From Candidatus Bathyarchaeota archaeon (GTDB lineage Archaea > Thermoproteota > Bathyarchaeia > Bathyarchaeales > DTEX01): a DNA stretch of 54,371 bases. The DNA is taken from NCBI GenBank assembly GCA_018397055.1, contig JAGTQS010000001.1, positions 1 through 54,371 of the forward strand. The letters are read 5' to 3'. Below, in pieces: positions 35,178 through 45,077 of the stretch; the first letter of the stretch is position 1, and each line of letters begins with the position of its first letter. The position numbers and the translations under genes are program-made. The notes under the pieces are model-generated. The model saw nothing but the letters and a program-made list of their open reading frames with translations, was not told where the DNA came from and did not search any database.

Positions 35178-36482
35178 CTATTTAATGATTCCGAAGCCTA
35201 TCAGCCGCCACCTTCCCCCAATCTTCCGGCTGACCGCAACGCGGGCGTTGTCCTCCGCACAAACCGGCCGGGTAAGCTGCAGCTCAGCCACATCCTTTTT
35301 CTTGGTGACCACCTTACCAACAGTTGGAGCGGTCCCAACGTCGAGAAGAAGAAACTCACCCACATTGATTCCTTCAACATTAAGCATCTCCTTAGTTCCC
35401 ACAGCCCTCTCGAAAAGGTGAAACTCAAGGGACATCTCAAGCCGCGTCTGAGGAAGAGTTCCAGGCTTACCAACGATGTTTCCAATCAGCCCATCAGCCT
35501 TGGTCAACGAGGGGTCAAGAAGCGTTCCTACACCCACTAATCCGCCGCAGTATGCCTCTTTTACCTGTCGACCCCCAGCGTGAAGGCTAACGATTTCTGT
35601 GAAAAGTGGCTCGTAAGAACTTGACTGCGGTTTCGTGATGCCCGGGCGGATCTCAATCTCTTCGCCTACTCTGAAGACGCCTTGGTAAATCGAGCCTCCT
35701 ATCACGCCTCCAACAAGGTTGTCAATCGGGGTTCCAGGCTTGTTCACGTCGAAGGACCTGACAACGTGCAGCCTCGGCGGCTTCGCAGGGTCTCGAATCG
35801 GCGTTGGAATGTGTTTCTCAAGCATGTAAAGAAGAAGGTCGATGTTCACTTGGTTCTGGGCGGAGATTGGAATTACGGGCGCTTTTTCAGCAACAGTTCC
35901 CTTTGTAAAGGCTTTAATTTCCTGGTAGCTCTTCAAGGCGCGGGCTTTATCAACCAAATCAACCTTGTTTTGGGCGATTACGATTTTGTTTATGCCCACT
36001 ATTTCGATGGCTGCGAGGTGCTCGCGTGTTTGAGGCTGCGGGCAAGGCTCATCAGCAGCGATGACGAGGATTACGCCGTCCATAACCGCGGCCCCAGAAA
36101 GCATAGTTGCCATTAAAGCCTCGTGGCCTGGCGCGTCGACGAAGCTTAGGGCTCTAACGTATTCGCCTTTTGAGCCGCAACGTGGACAAGTTTCCTGAGT
36201 TGAATAGTTACGTGGGCTTTCGCATTTTGGACACCTGTAAACAACTGCGTCGGCGTATCCGAGCTTGATTGTGATTCCTCGTTTTAGCTCCTCACTGTGA
36301 CGTGACGACCAGACTCCGGTTAGCGATTCAACAAGCGTCGTTTTTCCGTGGTCAACATGCCCAATTGTGCCTATGTTGACCTCAGGCTGTTGCTTCAAAG
36401 CCTTTTGTTCATTCCTAACAGTCTTCTGCAGCGCCTTTTCGGTTGAATCGCTCATCTTATGGTTCTCCGTTCGTTTACTCAA
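35178..36482 (-). CDS. eif2g: Translation initiation factor aIF2 subunit gamma
   Basis: GHVDHGKTT, zinc knuckle CPKCES...CPRCG, DAPGHE, NKVD. Confidence 0.92.
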   Translation of the reverse strand: MSKRTENHKMSDSTEKALQKTVRNEQKALKQQPEVNIGTIGHVDHGKTTLVESLTGVWSSRHSEELKRGITIKLGYADAVVYRCPKCESPRNYSTQETCPRCGSKGEYVRALSFVDAPGHEALMATMLSGAAVMDGVILVIAADEPCPQPQTREHLAAIEIVGINKIVIAQNKVDLVDKARALKSYQEIKAFTKGTVAEKAPVIPISAQNQVNIDLLLYMLEKHIPTPIRDPAKPPRLHVVRSFDVNKPGTPIDNLVGGVIGGSIYQGVFRVGEEIEIRPGITKPQSSSYEPLFTEIVSLHAGGRQVKEAYCGGLVGVGTLLDPSLTKADGLIGNIVGKPGTLPQTRLEMSLEFHLFERAVGTKEMLNVEGINVGEFLLLDVGTAPTVGKVVTKKKDVAELQLTRPVCAEDNARVAVSRKIGGRWRLIGFGIIK

Positions 36483-36834
36483 ATAGGAAACTGTTCACAA
36501 TAAATATGTTTCTGAATGGCTATAGTTTCCCAAGCCATCTCATGTATTATTAGCCAAAATGTTACAAAATGGAACACGATAGTAATTGAAAAAATTTCTG
36601 GAAAACTGCTTTCCCCGTCTGAACTTTGTGTTCATAAACAATATCTATGGCGGGTTTAGAAACGAGAAAAATTGTGCACGCCTTTTGGGAGAGGTTTGAA
36701 GCAGAAAAGCGCTCAGCACAAAATAGGAATCCGCCAACTTCTCCCTTAGGGTGTGCACTTTAGGCTTTCTGTCTCAGCACATGTGTGACCTTGTACTTGG
36801 CTGGCTGTCTAAAGATTGTTACCGTCCTTTGGGG

Positions 36835-37395
36835 CTAGGCTGATTCAGCAGACTGGACGTTACATTCCACGTAGTACTGGGCGTTTTCAGTGAAAACCGT
36901 GATGCCGATTGTAACTCCGATGTCGTTGACGCTTATGCTGTCTGGACTTTCAATATAGAGTATCAAGGTGTCACCTGAGGCTAAAGGCTTGTCATAAGTG
37001 TCAGCTGTGAAGTCGTCGACCTCTCCAGTTGTGTAGAGGAAGCCTGTCCAGCTGTGAGTCTCGTTTGGGCAATTAAGCGAGGTTGAGATGGCAGAGCCGA
37101 GGCGAATGTAATACACTGTGCTCCAGCTAGCTTCGACGCCTCTTACTTGGACTTTGTCTATGACCACGTCTCTTCCGCCGACATTGTCAACAGCAACAGC
37201 AGCAATAGCAGTGCCGTTTCCGTAAACCCAGATTGCCTGTTTCGTAAGTTTCAGTTGTTCCTGCTGGGTTCTTGTTGAAGTAATGTTCACCGCGTACATT
37301 GTGACCACGCCTGCGAGGAGCACCGAAACCACCAGGATTATCAGTGTTGAGACAACGTTGCTAAGCGCTTTCCTGTTTGAAATCAGTTTTTTCAT
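36835..37395 (-). CDS. Archaeal type IV pilin-like protein (class III signal peptide)
   Basis: MKKLISNRKA|LSNVVSTLIILVVSVLLAGVV: a basic leader, a prepilin-peptidase-type site and a hydrophobic helix. Confidence 0.65.
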   Translation of the reverse strand: MKKLISNRKALSNVVSTLIILVVSVLLAGVVTMYAVNITSTRTQQEQLKLTKQAIWVYGNGTAIAAVAVDNVGGRDVVIDKVQVRGVEASWSTVYYIRLGSAISTSLNCPNETHSWTGFLYTTGEVDDFTADTYDKPLASGDTLILYIESPDSISVNDIGVTIGITVFTENAQYYVECNVQSAESA

Positions 37396-37610
37396 TTCAT
37401 ATCCATCCTATGAAGTTACGATAAACAGTCTATTCATGTATTAGGATTTGTGCGTAGAACAAGAGCACACACAGTTCAGACTGTGAATTTAGACCAACGG
37501 TTCAGACGCGGACCCTCAACACCTTTTTGGCAAAATGTGGGCATAATTTGGAAACAACTTTTTATAATGCGCAACTCTCTTAATGATGCAGAGAAAACAA
37601 TGTAAGGCTG

Positions 37611-38237
37611 GTGGTTGTTGTGGCAAACTGCGAAAAATGTGGGCTACCACTTCCAATCGGGGCTGAATACTGTCCAAACTGCGGAGTTCCTGTCAGAAAA
37701 AGAGTTGAAGCAGCTGTTCCCGTATCTGCCCCGCTTGCTAAACTTATCGAAGCAGGCTTACTCGGAGCTTCCATAGCGATCATGATAAGTTTTTTCATTC
37801 CAGAAGGAATTGACGTGTACTTTGCTCCGTCATTTTTTGGAGCCATCGCAGCTGTCTTTCTTTTCAGAACCCGAAGGCTTGAAGAGGCTTTGGTAATTGC
37901 CTTTAGTGTTTACATTTTTACAGACGCAATAATCACGGTGCTTAATTTGTCATCGCTATACTTCAGCAACATGTCGTGGGCTGACATGGCAAACGAAGTT
38001 CCAAGCCTGTATGACGAACTATATAACGTGCCAAGCCTTACAACAATTATCGCCTACGCAGTTGACCCAATCAGCGCCGTAGTCGCAGCTTACTTGGGAT
38101 ACAAGGTAACGCCGAAGTACCGCGCTAGAGAACCTGCTCCCTACTCGTATGAAAGAAGAGAAGACCATGGCGGAATTGTGTACGCAGTGAAAAATGGAAA
38201 AACGAAGCCATTGGCGAACTTTACTCATAACGTTTAA
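37611..38237 (+). CDS. Zinc-ribbon membrane protein, hypothetical
   Basis: CEKCGLPLPIGAEYCPNCG followed by about 4 TM segments. Confidence 0.5.
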   Translation: MVVVANCEKCGLPLPIGAEYCPNCGVPVRKRVEAAVPVSAPLAKLIEAGLLGASIAIMISFFIPEGIDVYFAPSFFGAIAAVFLFRTRRLEEALVIAFSVYIFTDAIITVLNLSSLYFSNMSWADMANEVPSLYDELYNVPSLTTIIAYAVDPISAVVAAYLGYKVTPKYRAREPAPYSYERREDHGGIVYAVKNGKTKPLANFTHNV

Positions 38238-38291
38238 ATACTAAGCCATTTAGGTCATCTATACACGCTGGTCTAAGACTGAGTGGATGAA

Positions 38292-38567
38292 ATGAACGTG
38301 CCAAAGGAAATTTCCACATACTGCCCAAGGTGCAAGACCCATACTTCGCACTCCGTTTCGCTCTATAAGGAAGGAAGAAGAAGAGCTCTTGCTGTCGGAG
38401 AACGCCAACATGAACGTAAAAGAAGAGGATATGGCGGTCAAAAGTACCCCATGTTGAAGAGGAAGGCGAAAACAACCAAGAAGCAGGCGTTAAAAATAAA
38501 ATGTAAACAATGCGGTTACACCAGGCAGAAAAAGGGGATTAGGCTTAGAAAAGTAACCATACAATAG
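38292..38567 (+). CDS. rpl44e: 50S ribosomal protein L44e
   Basis: MNVPKEISTYCPRCKTHTSH...CKQCG. Confidence 0.9.
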   Translation: MNVPKEISTYCPRCKTHTSHSVSLYKEGRRRALAVGERQHERKRRGYGGQKYPMLKRKAKTTKKQALKIKCKQCGYTRQKKGIRLRKVTIQ

Positions 38568-38587
38568 GCCAAAGGGATGGTTGATAA

Positions 38588-38785
38588 ATGAGCCAATGGG
38601 ATAAAATTATACCTAAACCTCGAACAACTTTTGTTCAAGTAAAGTGCCCAGACTGCGGAAATGAGCAGTCAATCTTCAGCCACATTGCAAACACGGTTAA
38701 ATGCAACATTTGCGGAACAGTCCTCGCTGAACCAACAGGCGGTAAAGCTAAATTCAAGGGTGAAGTCGTCAAAGCTTTGGAGTAA
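38588..38785 (+). CDS. rps27e: 30S ribosomal protein S27e
   Basis: [15 protein letters not shown]...[18 protein letters not shown]. Confidence 0.92.
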   Translation: MSQWDKIIPKPRTTFVQVKCPDCGNEQSIFSHIANTVKCNICGTVLAEPTGGKAKFKGEVVKALE

Positions 38786-38794
38786 AGACACAAA

Positions 38795-39586
38795 ATGTCT
38801 TTCCTAAGAAAGGATGAGTGGCCTGAGCTCGGAGAGCTCGTAGTAGCCTCGGTTATCCAAATAACGAATTACGGAGTTTACGTTAAGCTGGACGAGTACG
38901 AAAAAGAAGGCTTTCTGCACATTTCTGAAATCTCTTCGAGCTGGGTAAGAAACATCCGCGACTACGTTCATGAAGGAGAAAAAGTCGTCCTGAAAGTTTT
39001 AAGAGTTGACCCTGAAAAAAAACAAATTGACCTTTCACTGCGAAGAGTCACGAGAAGTGAAAGAAGAGAAAAAATGCTTTTGTGGAAACAAGCCAAAAAG
39101 GCTGAAAGCCTGCTTAGAAGCGTGTCTCAAAAACTCGGGATACCAGTTGAACAAGTTTATGAAAAGGCGGGGACACTGCTTGAACAGGCGTTTGAGACAC
39201 TTTACGAAGGACTCGAAAAAGCAGCGAGAGAGGGAGTAGATGCGCTTTTAGAAAAGGGAATACCTAAAGACTTGGCTGATGCGCTAACAGAAGTTTCTAA
39301 AGACAAAATTAGGATATCCGTGGTAAAAACCAAAGGAATCTTGAATATCAGCTGCACCCAGCCAGACGGCGTAGTTCGAATTAGGGAAGCCTTAAAAAAA
39401 GCTCAAAATGTAAATGTGGCTCGCGGAGCAAAGATTGAGATATACACTGTTTCGCCTCCCAAGTACCGCATAGAAGTCACAGCAAGCGACCATAAAGAGG
39501 CGAACGACATAATGAAAAGAGCCACAGACGCCGCTATCAAGGGAATACTGAAGGCGGGAGGGCAGGGAACCTTCGAAAGAGGATAG
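38795..39586 (+). CDS. eif2a: Translation initiation factor aIF2 subunit alpha
   Basis: N-terminal S1 domain [23 protein letters not shown]...[16 protein letters not shown]. Confidence 0.92.
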   Translation: MSFLRKDEWPELGELVVASVIQITNYGVYVKLDEYEKEGFLHISEISSSWVRNIRDYVHEGEKVVLKVLRVDPEKKQIDLSLRRVTRSERREKMLLWKQAKKAESLLRSVSQKLGIPVEQVYEKAGTLLEQAFETLYEGLEKAAREGVDALLEKGIPKDLADALTEVSKDKIRISVVKTKGILNISCTQPDGVVRIREALKKAQNVNVARGAKIEIYTVSPPKYRIEVTASDHKEANDIMKRATDAAIKGILKAGGQGTFERG

Positions 39587-39591
39587 CCTTC

Positions 39592-39756
39592 ATGGTTTGG
39601 CTGATGAGAAAATGCACTCGCTGCGGAAAATACACGCTTAAGCAGGATAAATGCCCACATTGCGGCGGAGAAACACGCATACCTCACCCAGCTAAGTTTT
39701 CGCCGGAAGACAAATACGCAAAATACAAAGGCATGATGAGGAGCCTTAAGGAATGA
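39592..39756 (+). CDS. nop10: H/ACA RNP protein Nop10 (54 aa; absent from the ORF track)
   Basis: I translated it by hand: [54 protein letters not shown]. It has the zinc ribbon plus the PxxFSPxDKY motif. It sits in the conserved aIF2alpha-Nop10-PAC2 position, and its stop overlaps the next start (ATGA). Confidence 0.85.
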   Translation: MVWLMRKCTRCGKYTLKQDKCPHCGGETRIPHPAKFSPEDKYAKYKGMMRSLKE

Positions 39757-40526
39757 AAGAGACAACAATAACCGTTATTGAAAAGGTTAAGTTAAATAAT
39801 CCTGTTTTGATTGAAGGGCTGCCAGGGCAAGGCATGGTTGGAAAAATCGTGGTAGATTACCTCATAAAGCAACTACAAGCTCAAAAGATAGCTGAACTCT
39901 ATTCCCCACACTACGCGTATTATGTTCTAGTTAACAAGTCCGGCGCAGTGAGGCTACTTCGCTCCGAATTTTACTGCTGGAAAAACCAGAAGGGCGGAAG
40001 CGACCTCATATTGTTAACTGGCGACACTCAACCTCAGACTATTGAAGGACAATACGAGGTGGCAGACGCCATACTAGGGTTCGCTGAACAAAACAACACA
40101 AAGCTAATATTGACGGTAGGCGGATACCGCACAGAATCCAAGGAGGAACCGCTAGTCTACATCTCCGCCACAAACCAGGAACTGCTGAAAAGGGCTTCAG
40201 AAATTGGAGTAAAGAACAGTCCGCCTGGAAGCCCAATAGTTGGAACAGCTGGTCTGCTAGTTGGACTTGCAAAACTCAGAAACATAGATGCTGCTTGTCT
40301 GCTTGCTGAGACGCCTGGATATTTGCCTGACCCAAAGGCTGCGAAAAGCGTCGTGAAAGTAGTTTCGAAAATGCTTGAGTTCGATGTTGACCTTTCTGAG
40401 CTAGACAACGAAATTGCTAAGTCTGAACAGATTGAGGAAAGAATGAGGAAGATAGAGGAACAAAGAAGAGACAGCGAAAAGATTCGACGTAAGGTAGAGG
40501 AAGAAAAAGTTTCCTACATCAGCTAA
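39753..40526 (+). CDS. PAC2-family proteasome assembly chaperone-like protein
   Basis: [23 protein letters not shown] and a charged C-terminal tail. Conserved position after nop10. Confidence 0.75.
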   Translation: MKETTITVIEKVKLNNPVLIEGLPGQGMVGKIVVDYLIKQLQAQKIAELYSPHYAYYVLVNKSGAVRLLRSEFYCWKNQKGGSDLILLTGDTQPQTIEGQYEVADAILGFAEQNNTKLILTVGGYRTESKEEPLVYISATNQELLKRASEIGVKNSPPGSPIVGTAGLLVGLAKLRNIDAACLLAETPGYLPDPKAAKSVVKVVSKMLEFDVDLSELDNEIAKSEQIEERMRKIEEQRRDSEKIRRKVEEEKVSYIS

Positions 40527-41068
40527 ACGACGAAGTTCCCCTGATTTTTATAGTACCGTTGAAGAACCCTCTTGAATTCCTCGAGGTCGCTGATAGAATG
40601 GTTGATGGCACTAATGTGAGAGTTAATCAGTTCATACAGCTCAGTTTTTCCACTTGCCTCTGTAAGGTCGTCCATAAGCTGTTCAGCAACTATCTCTGTG
40701 AGGTCACTTCTTTTCGTAACAGAATTTAGGGCATCAAGAATCTTCGTTTTTAACTCTTCAACCTGAGGGTTTGGAAGCTCACCCTTGTTGATTTGATCTG
40801 TGATCTGGTAAACAACTTTTTTCGCAGAAAGTGGCAGAAACTTTTTAGCAGCAACCTCGCCTCTCGGGGTCAGGAAGACTAAGAGAGGAACTGTGTCCAC
40901 GCCGTAAAGTTCTGCCAGCTCGTTATTCACAGGGTCATCTATGTTAATTAAGCGTATGTGAATGTCCTTCCGTTCTTGACCGAGCTTCTTGGTGATCTTT
41001 GTAAGCTTCTTCTCGTTTTCATGCATGTCAGAGTAAAAATACATTATTTCAACTTTTCTTTCGCTCAA
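40523..41068 (-). CDS. Hypothetical protein with thioredoxin-like N-terminal fold but no CxxC
   Basis: YFYSD...LAELYGVDTVPLLVF pattern without redox cysteines, plus a helical C-terminal half. Confidence 0.4.
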   Translation of the reverse strand: MSERKVEIMYFYSDMHENEKKLTKITKKLGQERKDIHIRLINIDDPVNNELAELYGVDTVPLLVFLTPRGEVAAKKFLPLSAKKVVYQITDQINKGELPNPQVEELKTKILDALNSVTKRSDLTEIVAEQLMDDLTEASGKTELYELINSHISAINHSISDLEEFKRVLQRYYKNQGNFVV

Positions 41069-41142
41069 GGTAATTCACACACGCCTTCATGAAGCATGAT
41101 TACAAAAAAGAAAAAAGAGGATGTTGCCTTGCTAAAGGCTTT

Positions 41143-42444
41143 TTAGCCTTTCACCGTTATTTCTTTAACTACTCCCGCAGCAATCGTTGTTCCCATGTCG
41201 CGGACTGCGAACCGTCCTAGCTCTGGAAATTCAGTGTAGACCTCAAGGCAAATTGATCGGAGCGGCTCAAATCTAACCAAAGCGCTGTCCCCAGTCTTCA
41301 AGAAAGACGGGTGCTCCTCAATAGTTTGACCAGTCCTAGGATCTATCTTTCTGATGAGCTCAGAGAACTTGCAGGCTATTTGACATGTGTGGGCGTGTAA
41401 AACCGGAGTGTATCCAGCAGCAATAGCAGTCGGGTGATGAATAACGATAATTTGGCCAATGAATTCCTTAGCCACTGTAGGTGGGTTAGACGGATGTCCA
41501 GCTACGTCGCCTCTTTTAATGTCGTTCTTTGCGACTCCTCGAACGTTGAACCCGATGTTGTCTCCTGGCTCAGCCCTTGGAATTCTGGCATGATGAGTTT
41601 CCAAAGATTTAACTTCGCCCGAAACGTTCGAAGGCATGAACACTATGGTGTCGCCTTCCTTCAGCACGCCTGTTTCAACCCTTCCCACAGGAACGGTTCC
41701 GACACCTGTGATGCTGTAAACGTCTTGGATGGGTAGCCTTAAAGGTTTGTCAGTTGGCTTTGGAGGTATCGTTAACTTGTCTAAAGCGTCATACAGGCAT
41801 GGTCCATCATACCATGGCATCTTGTCGCTCTTCTTAACTAAGTTGTCTCCTGTCCAGCCGGATGTTGGTACAAAGTTGATTGTAGCTGGGTTGTAGCCTA
41901 CGAGCTTAAGCATTCGGCTAACTTCATTCTTGATTTCTTCATATCGTTCTTTGTTCCAGTTGACCGACGGGTCGTCCATCTTGTTTATGGCTACGACAAG
42001 CTGTCTAACTCCCAAAGTGAAGGCGAGAAAAGCGTGTTCTCTTGTCTGTCCGCCAGCTCCGATTCCAGCCTCGAACTCTCCTTTCTTAGCTGAAACGAAA
42101 AGTACAGCAGCGTCTGCTTGGCTTGCGCCTGTAATCATGTTTTTAACGAAGTCTCTGTGTCCAGGAGCGTCGATGATTGTAAAGAAGTAATGTGGAGTCT
42201 CAAACTTTAGGAATCGGAGGTCTATTGTGATTCCTCTTTCTCTTTCTTCCTTCAGGTTGTCAAGAACCCAAGCGTACTTGAAGGTGACTTTGCCCATCTT
42301 TGCTGCTTCTTCTTCGTAAGCCTTGATGGTCCTCTCGTCAACAGCACCTGAAAGATAGAGCAGGTGGCCTGTGGTTGTTGATTTTCCATGGTCAATATGC
42401 CCGATAATCACTAGATTCAAATGAGGCTTTTCTGGTTTGCTCAT
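41143..42444 (-). CDS. tuf: Translation elongation factor EF-1 alpha
   Basis: [21 protein letters not shown]. Confidence 0.95.
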   Translation of the reverse strand: MSKPEKPHLNLVIIGHIDHGKSTTTGHLLYLSGAVDERTIKAYEEEAAKMGKVTFKYAWVLDNLKEERERGITIDLRFLKFETPHYFFTIIDAPGHRDFVKNMITGASQADAAVLFVSAKKGEFEAGIGAGGQTREHAFLAFTLGVRQLVVAINKMDDPSVNWNKERYEEIKNEVSRMLKLVGYNPATINFVPTSGWTGDNLVKKSDKMPWYDGPCLYDALDKLTIPPKPTDKPLRLPIQDVYSITGVGTVPVGRVETGVLKEGDTIVFMPSNVSGEVKSLETHHARIPRAEPGDNIGFNVRGVAKNDIKRGDVAGHPSNPPTVAKEFIGQIIVIHHPTAIAAGYTPVLHAHTCQIACKFSELIRKIDPRTGQTIEEHPSFLKTGDSALVRFEPLRSICLEVYTEFPELGRFAVRDMGTTIAAGVVKEITVKG

Positions 42445-42533
42445 ACTTAATCCTCCATTTTTTCACGTTTTTTCATATTGTTTTGGTGGAAACGGTTAAA
42501 CATCAGAACAATCCGTTATTTTAACTTTATCCC

Positions 42534-43880
42534 TCAATTCCTGCGTCTAAACTGTGGCATGTAAGGCTCATGCGCTTTCAAAAGCTCCTCCATTATTGCC
42601 TTTGCAGCCTTCATGTCATGCACGTATGGGCTTGCTAGAACAGCCTGGTACAACAGGTTTTTGTCGCCGCTAAGAGCAGCGTCGACCGTGAGCTGCTGCC
42701 AGTTCAGGATGTGATGCGTAATCCCAAGAAGTGGCTTCGGCAGGCTTCCAGCATTAATAGGCGTTAAGCCTCTCCTGTCCACTATGCAGTGACCCTCAAC
42801 GATTGCGTCGCTTGGAAGATTCGGTATGGCGCCATTGTTTACGAAGTTGATTCCTCCCCATTCTCGTCTCTCGTTTGAGGCTATGCTGATTATGACGCCA
42901 ATCACGTGCCTAGAATGGTAAAGCCTAAAACAGTAAAGGTTAGGGTGGTCTTCGTATCTTGCGCCTGCAACCATTTCTTCAATGAACTTCCAAGCTTGAG
43001 GCGACCAGCCTAGAGCTGAGTCAAGCCTTTCTTTTTCCCTCATAAGCATGGCTCTCCGTTGATTCAAGACCTTGTCATGCTCCCACAGCATACGGCAATG
43101 AGAGGGACAAATGTTGAAATACCCGTAAGCCTCGAGAAGCCTCAACCTGAACGCTTCAACAGAATCTTGACCAGCAGTTTTGTCTTGCTCTTTAACCTTG
43201 TTTTTCAAGAGCTCATACCCGTCTATCCCGTTAACGAGTAAGTCAACAAGCCAAGTGCAGTGGTTGACCCCTATGGCCCGAGACTTTAAATCAGGATTGT
43301 TGGTGTATCGCCTTTCGTAAGGCGGCATGTCAAACAAGTGGGGAAGGTAACTCATCGCGAAGCCTGCGAAACAGTCGCACAGGCCAATAAACTTAACCTT
43401 GGTTTCTCTTCGAACCGCATCGGTCACAAAATTTGTCGGATTCACGTAGCTAACCGCCCACGCGTCAGGACAGAGATCCTCCATCAGCCTGCAGTACTCA
43501 AGTGTTGCTGGAATAGTGCATTGCGCCATGAACGTGCCTCCTGGACCCGCGGTTTCGTCGCCTGCTATGCCGTACTTTGTTGGAATCTCGAAGTCGTACC
43601 TCATGTGTTCCTCGCCGCCGATACGGTAGCTCGGCATAACAAAAGTGGCGCCGTCAAGAGCCTTTTTCGCGTCGGTTGTCCAAGAGAACTTCATCTTAAC
43701 TTTTGCTCGTTTAGCCAGCTCTTCTCCCAACTTCGTCAATAATGGCAAACGAGTTGGATTTATGTCCATGAGGCAGACATCGCTTCCTTCAAAGACCTCT
43801 TTGTTTTCAAGCATCACATAAGTTAAAGAGGGAACAAACGGGCTTCCGCCGCCAAGAACAACGATTTTTTCATCCGCCAT
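42534..43880 (-). CDS. Glycoside hydrolase family 4 (NAD+/Mn2+-dependent glycosidase)
   Basis: KIVVLGGGSPFVPS Rossmann start, FIGLCDC and GVNHCTW metal/catalytic region. Confidence 0.8.
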   Translation of the reverse strand: MADEKIVVLGGGSPFVPSLTYVMLENKEVFEGSDVCLMDINPTRLPLLTKLGEELAKRAKVKMKFSWTTDAKKALDGATFVMPSYRIGGEEHMRYDFEIPTKYGIAGDETAGPGGTFMAQCTIPATLEYCRLMEDLCPDAWAVSYVNPTNFVTDAVRRETKVKFIGLCDCFAGFAMSYLPHLFDMPPYERRYTNNPDLKSRAIGVNHCTWLVDLLVNGIDGYELLKNKVKEQDKTAGQDSVEAFRLRLLEAYGYFNICPSHCRMLWEHDKVLNQRRAMLMREKERLDSALGWSPQAWKFIEEMVAGARYEDHPNLYCFRLYHSRHVIGVIISIASNERREWGGINFVNNGAIPNLPSDAIVEGHCIVDRRGLTPINAGSLPKPLLGITHHILNWQQLTVDAALSGDKNLLYQAVLASPYVHDMKAAKAIMEELLKAHEPYMPQFRRRN

Positions 43881-44148
43881 ACAGTTTATTCTCCATTCAT
43901 AATCAGATACATTTATTGGTCTTCAGAAACTTATCTCTTTCCGCAGCTATACAAAACTTTTAGGCTGCATCCAGCTGCGAAAACTTGGCTATTTATTAAG
44001 TAACAGAAACGCTGAGCTATACATAATATGTGGGAAAAAAATACTAAAAATATCACATAAACCAACTTGATTAAAATAAAGATTAACGTAACAGTACAGT
44101 TTTATATAACCAAGTTGGTGATTTTTATTTAGGGGAGTTTCGGAAATA

Positions 44149-44373
44149 ATGAGCGAACATGAGGAACCGTTCAGGTTACGTCCTTTCTCCTTGGGCTATG
44201 TCGTATTTGTTATTCTTTTTTCTTTTGTAATGATGCTTTTTGCCTGGAGCACAACAGCTTCGTATCCACCTGAATATAGTGGGCTCCGCGTACAGGACAT
44301 AGTAGGGCTACTTTTCATCATCGGACACACCCAGATGTTCGCTCAGGTATATATGTGGCACAAGAAACCGTAA
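44149..44373 (+). CDS. Small membrane protein, hypothetical
   Basis: 74 aa with two hydrophobic segments. No family recognised. Confidence 0.35.
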   Translation: MSEHEEPFRLRPFSLGYVVFVILFSFVMMLFAWSTTASYPPEYSGLRVQDIVGLLFIIGHTQMFAQVYMWHKKP

Positions 44374-44384
44374 CGAAAGGACAG

Positions 44385-44657
44385 ATGGTTTCGCGTAACA
44401 GGTTGTCTTTGGCTGCTTTCACTCTGTTTCTTACCCTTGCCCTTGTAGTGGCGTGGAATATGTATTGCTCTCATCCCATTTTGGCGACTTTTCTGCTAGT
44501 TTGGCTCTCCATTTATAACATCTTTCCTATACACATACTGCTAAGGAGAAAACTGATACCCAAAAGATGGCTCCTTTTCGTAACGCTGATATTTTTTGTC
44601 TGTTTTCTCGCCCTAATGTGGTTTTTCAGCCAAAGCTATTTCGAGCTCGGGTGTTAG
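44385..44657 (+). CDS. Small membrane protein, hypothetical
   Basis: About 90 aa with three hydrophobic segments. ATG at 44385, 12 nt after the previous stop. Confidence 0.35.
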   Translation: MVSRNRLSLAAFTLFLTLALVVAWNMYCSHPILATFLLVWLSIYNIFPIHILLRRKLIPKRWLLFVTLIFFVCFLALMWFFSQSYFELGC

Positions 44658-44956
44658 ATCTATCCTAAGACTTCTGCAGTTTTATCGGAATTCATATAAT
44701 GAAGCCTTAACATCAAAGATTTTTCAGGAAAACTGCTTTGCGAAAGTGTTTCAGAAGAAAAACGTCCATAACGTTTATTAACGGTAATGGCGCTATGCTT
44801 TGCGGTGGCTTGAAATGAGGGACCGTCTTTGCCTTCCAATTTTTACGTAAGTCAGCCATCTTTTTTAGTGAAAACCTTATAGTAAAAACTTTTCACCCCT
44901 CATTGTTCTGGCATGGATTAAGTTTCTTAGTCAGAAATAGGTTTCACTTGTTTTAT

Positions 44957-45031
44957 GTCGGGATGGCCGAGTGGCTTAGGCAAGCGGCTGCAGACCGCTG
45001 TACGAGGGTTCGAATCCCTCTCCCGGCTCCA
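44957..45031 (+). tRNA. tRNA-Cys (anticodon GCA), CCA encoded
   Basis: Acceptor GTCGGGA/TCCCGGC; D arm GCC-GAGTGGCTTA-GGC; anticodon stem AGCGG/CCGCT with loop CTGCAGA (GCA, G37); T arm GAGGG-TTCGAAT-CCCTC; discriminator U73 followed by CCA. Confidence 0.85.
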
Positions 45032-45077
45032 AAACCTATTTGATGCTGCTCAACGAACTTTATTGTGGTTGGTTGTC

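Noticed and set aside
35163-36116. Several + strand ORFs (78-144 aa) and a - strand alternative frame (35201-35485)
   Set aside because: All lie inside or antisense to aIF2-gamma, which is unambiguous.
44149-44657. Two small overlapping membrane ORFs considered as one frameshifted gene
   Set aside because: The second ORF has its own in-frame ATG (44385) 12 nt after the first stop. Both halves are plausible stand-alone small membrane proteins. There is no homopolymer or other evidence of a frameshift.
44955-45077. 41-codon N-terminal extension of the SepCysS ORF
   Set aside because: The extension is the tRNA-Cys gene read as protein. The homology-supported start is ATG at 45078.
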